From: an uncultured Actinomycetes bacterium
Lineage (GTDB): Bacteria > Actinomycetota > Acidimicrobiia > IMCC26256 > DASPTH01
Length of the DNA stretch: 64,000 bases
Assembly: GCA_963784595.1 (NCBI GenBank)
Contig: CAWARX010000007.1
Location: 66,652 to 130,651 of the forward strand
Direction of reading: 5' to 3'
The notes under the pieces are model-generated. The model was not told where the DNA came from. It saw nothing but the letters and a program-made list of their open reading frames with translations, and searched no databases. The position numbers and the translations under genes are program-made. Below are positions 30,763 through 38,820 of this stretch, piece by piece (the stretch's first letter is position 1; each line of letters starts with the position of its first letter).

Positions 30763-31770
30763 GAGCCATGCGTCGATCGCACGCAGCGCCGACGCCTTGA
30801 GCTCGAGGGGTGCTCCCGCCGACGTGATCGACGCCCGTGCGATCTCGGCCAGGGCTTCGTCGTCGAGGCCCATCCCGGTCCGGACGAGCTCGTACTCCTC
30901 GAGCAGGTTCGGCCCGAACAGGAGCGGGTCGTCGCCGTTCAAGCTGCAGCGGATTCCGGCGTCGAGCAGCTGCGGTAGTGGGTGGTCCGCGATCGACGGG
31001 TAGACCGCCAGGAGGAGGTTCGACGTGGGGCACACGTCGAGACAGATCTCCGAGTCGGCGAGGCGGGCCACCAGCTCGGGATCCTCGACGGCGCGCACCC
31101 CGTGCTGCAGCCGGTCGGGGGCCAACGTGTCGAGCGCGCTCCGCACCGATACCGGGCCGACGAGCTCTCCGGCGTGGGGGGCCGAGAGCAGCCCGGCGTC
31201 CTTGGCGATCGCGAAGGACTCGGCGAAGAGCTCGGGAGCACCGAGCGCCTCGTCGTTGGCGAGGCCGAACGAGACGACGCCCCGGTCGGTGCGGGCGGCC
31301 GCGATCCGCGCCTGGGCGCTCGCGATCGCGGGGTCGACGGTGCGGTCGGTGGCGACCATCACGCCCACGCCCACCCCCAGCTTGGCGGCGGCATCGGCGG
31401 CGGCGTCGAGGACCATGTCGATGATGTCCTCGTCGGCTCCGAATCGCTCCCGGTGGTGTGGGGCGTAGAACGACGGCTCGACCCACACCGCCCCGTCGAG
31501 CGCGCTGTCCTCCACCACCTCGTAGACGAGCCGCGCGAAGTCCTCGGGGGTGCGCAGCACCTGGCACGCGGCCAGGTAGGTGTCGGCGAAGGCGGTGAAG
31601 GAGCCGAATCCCCGGATCTCGGGCACCGGGATCCCAGCGGTGTCGGCCAGCTCGGCCAGGGTGGAGGGACGCATGGCGCCCTCGAGGTGCAGGTGGAGGT
31701 GGCCCTTGGGCAGGGTTCGGAGATCTCTCGGCCCGGAGGCCGGTGTCTGGGGGTTCGCCATGGGGAGCAT
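30751..31770 (-). CDS. add: Adenosine deaminase
   Basis: 339-aa ORF with the metal site PKGHLHLHLEG, SAPHAGE and SLNGDDP. Confidence 0.85.
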   Translation of the reverse strand: MLPMANPQTPASGPRDLRTLPKGHLHLHLEGAMRPSTLAELADTAGIPVPEIRGFGSFTAFADTYLAACQVLRTPEDFARLVYEVVEDSALDGAVWVEPSFYAPHHRERFGADEDIIDMVLDAAADAAAKLGVGVGVMVATDRTVDPAIASAQARIAAARTDRGVVSFGLANDEALGAPELFAESFAIAKDAGLLSAPHAGELVGPVSVRSALDTLAPDRLQHGVRAVEDPELVARLADSEICLDVCPTSNLLLAVYPSIADHPLPQLLDAGIRCSLNGDDPLLFGPNLLEEYELVRTGMGLDDEALAEIARASITSAGAPLELKASALRAIDAWLGTA

Positions 31771-31810
31771 CGTCGCGCCTCGGTCGGGGTGGCCGCGTCC
31801 GACGCCGCCG

Positions 31811-32167
31811 TCAGATGGGTGAGCGCGTCTGTGTGAAGACCTCGACGCGGCGGATTCGGCCGCCGGCGGTGAGCTCGAAGGCGAGGCATTCCGGCGTACG
31901 CAGCGGGGTCCCGTCGACCTCGACCGTCTCCGACAACTCCGCGAACGCCATGCCCTCGGCGTAGGTGATCCGGGTCACGTGCATTTCGTAGCCGGCGAGG
32001 GTCGGCATCAGCTCCGCGAGGAACGCCACGTACGCGGCCTTCGAGGAATACGTGTCGCCGTACGGACCGACGCGGGTGAAGGCATCGTCGGCGAGGCACT
32101 CGGCGAAGGTCGCCCAGTCGTGCTCCACCAGGCTGTGGAGGTACCGCTCGATCACATCGCTGCTCAT
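31811..32167 (-). CDS. NTF2/SnoaL-like family protein
   Basis: 118-aa ORF with high GC3 and a typical NTF2-like N-terminal helix (VIERYLHSLVEHDWATFAECLADD). Confidence 0.6.
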   Translation of the reverse strand: MSSDVIERYLHSLVEHDWATFAECLADDAFTRVGPYGDTYSSKAAYVAFLAELMPTLAGYEMHVTRITYAEGMAFAELSETVEVDGTPLRTPECLAFELTAGGRIRRVEVFTQTRSPI

Positions 32168-32244
32168 GCGCCGAACCTTACGTTCACTCGGCGGGCAACG
32201 TGAGCGCCGCCCGGCGCGGGCCCGGTCGTTGGTATCTTCGCGGC

Positions 32245-33243
32245 ATGACGACGATCGATGCCGTCCCGCGCACGCCCGTCACCGTCACCGGGGTGCTCGA
32301 CGATCCCGAGTTGGCCTGGCGCCTCTGCGAGACCAACGGCCCGTACGCTCACGTGCTCATGCTGCGGGAGTTCGCGGCGTCGTTGGACGCATACCGCGAA
32401 GCCGCCCGCCGCGGATCGCCCGACGCGGTCGGGGTGCTGGTCGACGACGAGCTCATGACCATGCCGATCTACCGCGGTGACTGGGTGTCGTCGCGTGAGG
32501 TGCACATCCCCGGCGTCGACGGCATCCTGCACAACGAGCGCCTCGCGGCCGCGGCCGGTCAGGTGTTCGACGCCGAGATCGTCCGGCCCCAGATCGTGTT
32601 CTCGAACCTCACCGCCCCGATGCCCCAGAACCGCAAGCACACCGACGTGCCGACCTTCCGCGGCGTCGAGCGCTCGCAGTACCCCGCGTGGGTCGTGAGC
32701 GCGATGGCCGCGTCCGGGCTGTTCGAACGGTGGCGGGTGAAGGTGGCGACCGCGGTGGCGTGGTACTACGACGGCCCCAACGGTGGGTTCAGCTACTGGC
32801 CGGCCGGCGGTGACGCGCCCGAGGTCACCATCGAGCCGCCCTCGAACACGGCGGTCGTCGGTGACAACGACTTCATGTACCACCGCGTCGAAGCGGTGGG
32901 CGACGGGCGCTTCGAGATGGTGCCGATCGACTCGCTGCTGTCGTTCGACGCCTCCGACGCCCGGTGGCGCATCACCAAGGGCGACCGCGCGTTCGGTGAG
33001 TTCGGCCGCGACGACATCCGTATCAGCATCTCGTGGAAGGCCGAGTGCTTCCACGACACCGACGACGCCCGCACGTTCGACGAGCACCTCGACGACATCG
33101 ACTTCGAGCAGGTGTTGGCGACCTGGCGGGCCGACTGCGCGGCCCGGGCCGTGCCGCTCCCGGCCTCGTCCGACCCTCTGGCCGACCCCGCGTTCGCCGC
33201 CGCGGTCGCGGCCGCCTACGCGGGTCCGCTCAACACCGCCTGA
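32245..33243 (+). CDS. Hypothetical protein with an HxD...H signature (possible non-heme iron oxygenase fold)
   Basis: ORF 32200..33243, with the start taken at the second ATG (MTTIDAV). GC3 is high. It has KHTDVP and, about 85 aa later, FMYHRVE followed by RISISWK. I cannot assign a family. Confidence 0.5.
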   Translation: MTTIDAVPRTPVTVTGVLDDPELAWRLCETNGPYAHVLMLREFAASLDAYREAARRGSPDAVGVLVDDELMTMPIYRGDWVSSREVHIPGVDGILHNERLAAAAGQVFDAEIVRPQIVFSNLTAPMPQNRKHTDVPTFRGVERSQYPAWVVSAMAASGLFERWRVKVATAVAWYYDGPNGGFSYWPAGGDAPEVTIEPPSNTAVVGDNDFMYHRVEAVGDGRFEMVPIDSLLSFDASDARWRITKGDRAFGEFGRDDIRISISWKAECFHDTDDARTFDEHLDDIDFEQVLATWRADCAARAVPLPASSDPLADPAFAAAVAAAYAGPLNTA

Positions 33244-33273
33244 TCGCGTCGCGGCGATTCGGCACGGCCGGTC

Positions 33274-34479
33274 TCAGCCCTCGGTCATCTCCCGCGGCTC
33301 GGGTGGGAGACCCAGCCCCACCTGCGCGATCGTCGTCCGTTGGATCTCGTTGGCGCCCGCGCTGAGTGTCGGGTGCAGGCGCTCCACCGTCTCGTAGGCG
33401 AACCACCCTGGCAGCGGGTCTCCGAACCAGCCGGGCGCGGTGAGCACGTCGGCGCCGAGGATCCGTGCGCCGACCCGCGCGATCCGTTGCAGGAGCTCGG
33501 TGGCGAAGACCTTGCTCATCGCGCCCTCCACCACAGGCGCCCCGCCGGCGTCCTGCCGCGCGAGGACCCGCTCCGCATGGCGCAGGCCCGCGAACACGCC
33601 GGTCACGAGATCGGCGAGGTCGGCGCGCAATCGCCGGTCGTGCGTGCCCGCGCAATGGTCGAGCAGGGCTTCGAGGTTCCGCGTCGCCCAGCCCAGCCAC
33701 GCCGTGCCGGAGCGTTCGCCGAGCAGCGCGCCGGTGAGCTGTCGCCACCCACGGTCGGGTTCGCCGAGGAGCGCCTCACCGCCGACGGTCGCGCCGTCGA
33801 ACCGGATCGACGACAGGGTCCAGCCGTTCGCGGTCGGATGGCGGACGATCTCGATCCCCGGAGTGTCCAACTCGACGAGGAACATCGAGAGGCCGCGGCG
33901 CCCGGCTGACTCCGGTTGGGTGCGGGCGATGGTGCAGCACCAGTCGGCCTTGTGCGCGCCGGTCACCAACACCTTCTCGCCCTGGAGGCGGAACCCACCG
34001 GCGACGGGCGTGGCGAGCGTGGCGATGTTCGACAGATCGCTTCCCGCGCCGGACTCGGTGTACGCGATGCAGGCGGTGATCGCGCCGAGGGCCGCGGCGG
34101 GGAGGAAATGGTCGCGCTGTCCGGCGGATCCGAACGCGAGCACCGTCGGCGCGACCAGCGCGGCCGCGGTGTCGATCAACGGGGCGTCGTGGTACGCGGC
34201 CTCGAAGGTGACGACGGCGTGCCAGCTCGGCGGGTGCCCGCCGCCGCCGAACTCGGCCGGCAGGCTCACGCCGAGAATCCCCGCCTCGCCGGCGCGGCGC
34301 AGGAGCGCCCGCTCGAACTCCTCGTCCCAGCCCGTGAGATCGGTGCGGTCGCGGTGGCCGTGCGTCGCGTCCGGCGCCATCTCCGCAGCGAGGAACTCGC
34401 GCACGTCTGCTCGGAACGCGGTCAGGTCGGGTGACAGGTCGAAGTCGGGCAGCGCGCGGCACGAGATCGTGCCCGTCAC
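33274..34479 (-). CDS. Acyl-CoA dehydrogenase family protein (third gene of a 3-gene ACAD array)
   Basis: This is the last 401 codons of ORF 33274..34743. The GTG start overlaps the upstream stop (GTGA). It has ACAD segments (CIAYTESGAGSDLS, GANEIQRTTIAQVGLGLP). Confidence 0.85.
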   Translation of the reverse strand: MTGTISCRALPDFDLSPDLTAFRADVREFLAAEMAPDATHGHRDRTDLTGWDEEFERALLRRAGEAGILGVSLPAEFGGGGHPPSWHAVVTFEAAYHDAPLIDTAAALVAPTVLAFGSAGQRDHFLPAAALGAITACIAYTESGAGSDLSNIATLATPVAGGFRLQGEKVLVTGAHKADWCCTIARTQPESAGRRGLSMFLVELDTPGIEIVRHPTANGWTLSSIRFDGATVGGEALLGEPDRGWRQLTGALLGERSGTAWLGWATRNLEALLDHCAGTHDRRLRADLADLVTGVFAGLRHAERVLARQDAGGAPVVEGAMSKVFATELLQRIARVGARILGADVLTAPGWFGDPLPGWFAYETVERLHPTLSAGANEIQRTTIAQVGLGLPPEPREMTEG

Positions 34480-35643
34480 CGCGAGCGGGGGAGCCCGAGC
34501 CCGCGCTGCGCGATCAGGTTGCGCTGGATCTCGCTGGTGCCGCCGTAGATCGTCGTGACCGGCGCGAACCGGTAGCAGTACTCGAAGAACACGCTCAGGT
34601 CGCCGACGTCGTGGGACTGCACGAGCCCGGCCGGCCCGGTGGCGTCGAGCAGGCGGGCGGCGGCGCGGTTGAACGCCTCGGAGGCGAAGAGCTTGGTGGC
34701 CGCGCCCTCCACGCCCGGAAGTTGCCCGGTCGCCGCCACCCACACCGCCCGGCTCGACAACAGATCGGCGACCTCGCTGTCGATGGCGAGGCGGACCAGC
34801 TCGCGTCGGAGATCGGCGTCGTCGAGACGGGGGGTGCCGTCGTCACGGGTCGCGGTGGGCAGGTACTGCTCGGCGACGGTGAGGAGCCGCGCCGCGTCGC
34901 GCACGCCGCCGACGACCCCGCGTTCGAAGGAGAGCGCGACGAGCATCACCTGCCAACCACCGTTCACCTCGCCGACCCGCCACTCGTCGTCGACGAACAC
35001 GCCGTCGTAGAAGGTGGTGTTGGTGCGCTTCCCGGAGAGCGTACGGATGGGCTGGAGCTCGAAGCCGGGCGCCGACGTCGGCACGAGGAAGAACGTCAGC
35101 CCCCGGTGCTTCGGGACGTCCGGGTCGGTACGGGTGAGCAGGAACACCCACTCGGACTCCTCGGCCAGGCTGGTGAAGATCTTCTGCCCGTCGATGCGCC
35201 AGCCGTCGCCGTCGCGCACCGCGCACGTGCGCCGCGGCCGCGACGTCCGAACCGGAGTCGGGCTCGGAGTACCCCAGGGCGATGATCGACTCACCGGAGA
35301 GGAGCTTCGGGAGCACGACCCGCCGCTGCATCTGGTTGCCGACGTGGGCGATCACCGAGGCGAGCATGGCGCAGATGCTGAGCCCGTCGTAGGGCGCGCC
35401 GGCCAGCTCGAGCTCGCGGAACAGCACCGCCAGCTCCTCCGGGCCGCGGCCGCCGCCCCCGAGCGCTTCGGGCAGCGCCTGGGCGATCCAGCCGCGGTGG
35501 GCCATCGCCCGGTGCAGCCCCCAGTCGTGCATCGTGCCCGAGTCGTGCGCACGCTGGCGCACCTCGGGTGTGAACGCGGTGGCGATGAGCTCGCGCACCT
35601 CGTCGCCGAACCGCACGGCCTCGTCCGAAGGCGTGAAGTCCAC
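34476..35643 (-). pseudogene. Acyl-CoA dehydrogenase family protein, one apparent frameshift
   Basis: The N-terminal half is in ORF 34843..35643 (GYSEPDSGSDVAAA) and the C-terminal half is in ORF 34476..35294 (AVRDGDGWRIDGQKIFTS ... YGGTSEIQRNLIAQRGLGLP). The join lies near 35229. Confidence 0.8.
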
Positions 35644-35644
35644 G

Positions 35645-36670
35645 TCAGGCCGCCGTCACGGGTCCGTAGCGCAGGTCGGCGAGGCGCGCGTACTCCCGAC
35701 CGGGTTCATCGAGCACGTTCGCCCAGCCCTTGGCCCGCCGGTAGAAGAGCTGGATGTCGTACTCCTCCATGAATCCGTAGCCCCCGTGGTAGTGGAGCGC
35801 GCGATCGGTGGCCCGTTGTGCCTGCTCCGCGGCGAAGAGGAACGCCATCGCCGCGAGCTGGGCTGCGTCAGGGATCTCCTGGTCGAACGCCCAGGCGGCC
35901 TTCCGCGCGAGGAGCTGGGCACCGTCGAGCGCGACGCCGACGTCGGCCAATCCGTGCTGGAGGCTCTGGAACGATCCGATGGGCACGCCGAATTGCTCGC
36001 GCTCGGTCACGTAGGCGACGGCGATGGCGAGCGCACCGAGGCCGAGGCCGACGAGCGCGGCCGCGGTGAGCACACGCCATTCGTCGACCGCGCGTTCGTG
36101 CAGGTCGCGCGCGGTGTCGCCCGATGCGAGCACGGTTCGCGCGGTGACGTCGGCGGCCTCGAGGGCTCGGTCGGCGAGTGGCGCCGAAGCCAGGTTCGCG
36201 ACGGGCGCGCCCGGCCGCGACGAGACCATCACGAGGTCGTCGCCGTCGAGCGCGACCAATTCGTCGGCGACGGCACCCGCGGGGACGAGCCGGGCGCGAT
36301 GGTCGCTCGCCGGGCGCAACGCGAGGGTGGCGATGCGTGTGCCCTCCACCACACCGTCGGGCGCGGCGCCGATCCGGGTGAGCAGCCGGGCGGCCACCGA
36401 GTGCTCGACGAGCGGGACGGGCGCGAGGCGGCGACCGAGTGCCTCGAGTGCCAGCGACAGGTCGAGGAGACCGGCACCCCCACCACCCTCGCGTTCGGCC
36501 ACGCCCATGCCGGGGGCGCCGACCTCGACGAGTTGGCGCCAGAGCTCGGGCGAGAACCCGAGGGGCTCATGGGACCGCACCTGCCCGACCGGACTCACCC
36601 GATCGGCCAACGCTCCGAAGACGTCGATGATCGACTGCTGCTCGTCGGTGGGGTTGAGATCCACGGTCAT
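35645..36670 (-). CDS. Acyl-CoA dehydrogenase family protein (short, beta-subunit-like)
   Basis: This is the last 341 codons of ORF 35645..38107, from the ATG at 36670. It has REQFGVPIGSFQSLQH and YHGGYGFMEEYDIQLFYRRAK. The stop lies 1 nt before the next ACAD start. Confidence 0.8.
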   Translation of the reverse strand: MTVDLNPTDEQQSIIDVFGALADRVSPVGQVRSHEPLGFSPELWRQLVEVGAPGMGVAEREGGGGAGLLDLSLALEALGRRLAPVPLVEHSVAARLLTRIGAAPDGVVEGTRIATLALRPASDHRARLVPAGAVADELVALDGDDLVMVSSRPGAPVANLASAPLADRALEAADVTARTVLASGDTARDLHERAVDEWRVLTAAALVGLGLGALAIAVAYVTEREQFGVPIGSFQSLQHGLADVGVALDGAQLLARKAAWAFDQEIPDAAQLAAMAFLFAAEQAQRATDRALHYHGGYGFMEEYDIQLFYRRAKGWANVLDEPGREYARLADLRYGPVTAA

Positions 36671-36712
36671 ATATAACATACGAAATCGCGGGCGCAGCCG
36701 GCACGGGCCCCG

Positions 36713-37936
36713 GTGTGCGAACATGCGTTCGTGTCTCCCGAGATTCCCGACGCCACGATCCTGCACGCGGATCTCGACGCGTTCTTCGCGTCGGTCGAGC
36801 AGCGCGACCAACCCCGTCTCCGCGGTCGGCCCGTGATCGTGGGCGGCGGCGTGGTGATGGCAGCGAGCTACGAGGCACGCGCCTTCGGCGTACGGACCGC
36901 GATGGGTGCGACCCAGGCCCGGCGCTTGTGCCCGCACGCAGTGGTCGTCGGTCCTCGGATGACCGCGTACGCCGAGGCCAGCCGATCGGTGTTCGCGGTG
37001 TTCCACGACACGACGCCGTGTGTGGAAGGGGTCTCGATCGACGAGGCGTTCCTCGAAGTGGGTGGTCTCCGCCGCGTCGCGGGGACACCGGTTGAGATCG
37101 CGGCGCGCCTCCGCGAGCAGGTCCTCGAACGGGTCGGCCTGCGCATCACCGTCGGAGTCGCGTGGACCAAATTCCTGGCCAAGGTGGCGAGCGGTGTCGC
37201 CAAACCCGACGGGTTGCTCGTCGTGGCGCCCGACGAGGAGACCGCATTCCTGCATCGCCTTCCGGTCGGTCGACTGTGGGGCGTCGGGCCCGCAACCGCC
37301 CGCAAGCTGCACGAACGCGGGATCGTCACCGTCGGCGAGGTGGCGCACCTCGGGGAGGGGTCGCTGGTCACGATGCTCGGACCGGCGGCCGGGCGCAAGC
37401 TGCACGCGCTGGCACACCACCGCGATCCGCGCCCGGTGCAGGGCGGACGACGGCGACGGTCCATGGGATCCCAGCGCGCGCTGGGTCGGCGGCCCCGTCC
37501 GTGGGACGAGGTCGACGCGATCCTCGGTGGTCTGGTCGACGGGATCACGCACCGCTTGCGCGGCGCGGGGCGGGTCGGGCGCACGGTCGTCCTCCGTCTG
37601 CGCTTCGACGATTTCACGCGGCTGACCCGATCGCGGACGCTGCCGCAGCCCACCGCCGAGACCCGCCCGTTCCGCGAGGCAACGCAGGCGCTGCTCCTCG
37701 CCGCCCGTCCACTGATCGAGGCACGGGGTCTGACCCTGATCGGGGCAGCTGTCACGAACCTTGACGACGACGACGCCGTGCAGCTCGCGTTGCCGTTCGA
37801 CCGCGTCGCGGGGAGCGCGCTCGACCGGGCGCTCGACGGCGTACGCGACCGCTTCGGGAGCAGGATGGTCTCGCGTGCCGCGTTGCTGGGGCGGGACCGG
37901 GGCTGGTCGATGCCGCTGCTCCCGGACGATGGTTGA
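36713..37936 (+). CDS. dinB: DNA polymerase IV (Y-family)
   Basis: 407-aa ORF with ILHADLDAFFASVEQ, SIDEAFLEV and GVAWTKFLAKVASG. The true start may be the GTG at 36731, because the SOS box covers 36718-36731. Confidence 0.9.
   Translation: MCEHAFVSPEIPDATILHADLDAFFASVEQRDQPRLRGRPVIVGGGVVMAASYEARAFGVRTAMGATQARRLCPHAVVVGPRMTAYAEASRSVFAVFHDTTPCVEGVSIDEAFLEVGGLRRVAGTPVEIAARLREQVLERVGLRITVGVAWTKFLAKVASGVAKPDGLLVVAPDEETAFLHRLPVGRLWGVGPATARKLHERGIVTVGEVAHLGEGSLVTMLGPAAGRKLHALAHHRDPRPVQGGRRRRSMGSQRALGRRPRPWDEVDAILGGLVDGITHRLRGAGRVGRTVVLRLRFDDFTRLTRSRTLPQPTAETRPFREATQALLLAARPLIEARGLTLIGAAVTNLDDDDAVQLALPFDRVAGSALDRALDGVRDRFGSRMVSRAALLGRDRGWSMPLLPDDG
36718..36731 (+). promoter_or_regulatory. LexA-type SOS box (cGAAC-N4-GTTCg) at the dinB 5' end
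   Basis: The sequence cGAACatgcGTTCg matches the Gram-positive/actinobacterial SOS core GAAC-N4-GTTC with perfect palindromic arms. It sits between the two candidate GTG starts of dinB (36713 and 36731), downstream of an AT-rich atatataacatacgaaat tract. Confidence 0.6.
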
Positions 37937-37974
37937 CCGGGCCGCTGGGTCGATGGGACCGCCCGTCCCTGGCG

Positions 37975-38787
37975 TCAGCCCTCGTCCCAACTCTCGTGAC
38001 GATCGTCGCGGGTGGGTTGGCGGCCGGTGCGCATGGGGGAGAGGGGTGCGTCGACGAGCAGGAAGCGGTGCCAATCGGTGGCGAGCTCGTAGGTGTGGCG
38101 CCGCCACGCGCCGAGCATCGGGTCGGTCCGCTCGGCCAGCTCGGCCTCACCCCACTGTGCCCAGCTCGGGATCGCCCACATGAGGAAGCACTCTGATTCG
38201 TTGACCATCGCGGTCTCCCACGCGCCGACGAGTTGCCAGCCGAACGGCTCGTACGCGGCGACGGCTTCCTGCGCGACCGCTTCGAGGAAGTCGCGTGAAG
38301 TGCCCTGCGGAACGTGCACCTGTTCGTGGGCGTAGGTCTCACCGCGGGTGCCGGCGGCGCAGACTTGGTCGATCGTCGGCATCCACGGCGCGGGGATCAG
38401 CACGCGGTCGTCGCCGTGGCGCCGGTAGTTCGCGGCCTCGGCCCACCACTTCGCCAGCTTCGGATCCTGCAGGCTGGGGTGGTTGAACTCGTGCTCGAAC
38501 GACTCGCTGAGACCGGGGAAGCCGTCTTCCTCCCAGATGTTCACGACTTCGGGCCATCCCCGGGTCGTACCCACGACACCCCAGACTCCGTAACAGAGCT
38601 GGTGGCGCTCGTCCTGCGCGATCGGGCTCCAGTTCGCGGTCATGTGGTGCATGTAATTGGCCCGGTTGTGGCCGATGATGTCGATGAACTCGTGGATGTA
38701 GACCTTGTCGTTCGGGCTGTCGTTCGGGCTGTCGTTCGGGCTGTCGTTCGGGCTGTCGTTCGGCCCGTCGGCCGGGGTGTCGTTCAT
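37975..38787 (-). CDS. NIPSNAP-like family protein with an N-terminal (SPND)n repeat
   Basis: 270-aa ORF. The core YIHEFIDIIGHNRANYMHHMTANWSP ... FLLVDAPLSPMRTGRQP resembles actinobacterial NIPSNAP-family proteins as I remember them. The N-terminus reads MNDTPADGPNDSPNDSPNDSPNDSPND. Confidence 0.65.
   Translation of the reverse strand: MNDTPADGPNDSPNDSPNDSPNDSPNDKVYIHEFIDIIGHNRANYMHHMTANWSPIAQDERHQLCYGVWGVVGTTRGWPEVVNIWEEDGFPGLSESFEHEFNHPSLQDPKLAKWWAEAANYRRHGDDRVLIPAPWMPTIDQVCAAGTRGETYAHEQVHVPQGTSRDFLEAVAQEAVAAYEPFGWQLVGAWETAMVNESECFLMWAIPSWAQWGEAELAERTDPMLGAWRRHTYELATDWHRFLLVDAPLSPMRTGRQPTRDDRHESWDEG
38707..38766. repeat. 12-bp tandem repeat (gtcgttcgggct x4 perfect plus 1 imperfect) inside the coding sequence
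   Basis: By direct reading there are perfect copies at 38707-38754 and a fifth copy, gtcgttcggccc, at 38755-38766. The repeat is in frame (SPND per unit) in the minus-strand gene. Confidence 0.9.
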
Positions 38788-38820
38788 GAATTTGAGGTCT
38801 TACCACGTTACGATCGCCGG

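Noticed and set aside
35645-38107. An 820-aa ORF suggesting a giant protein spanning the ACAD gene and the antisense of dinB. Similar N-terminal extensions occur in ORFs 25800..27440, 49001..50557, 46671..48302 and 16422..17915.
   Set aside because: Only the C-terminal parts look like real proteins. The upstream portions are antisense to well-supported genes (dinB, YhhN, LLM, ADH) or lie in low-GC3 non-coding DNA. Internal starts with tight coupling to neighbours fit better.
38707-38766. The tandem 12-bp repeats as a possible CRISPR array or minisatellite mobile element.
   Set aside because: The units are contiguous with no spacers and are far shorter than CRISPR repeats. They are in frame within a coding gene, and no cas genes are present anywhere in the window.
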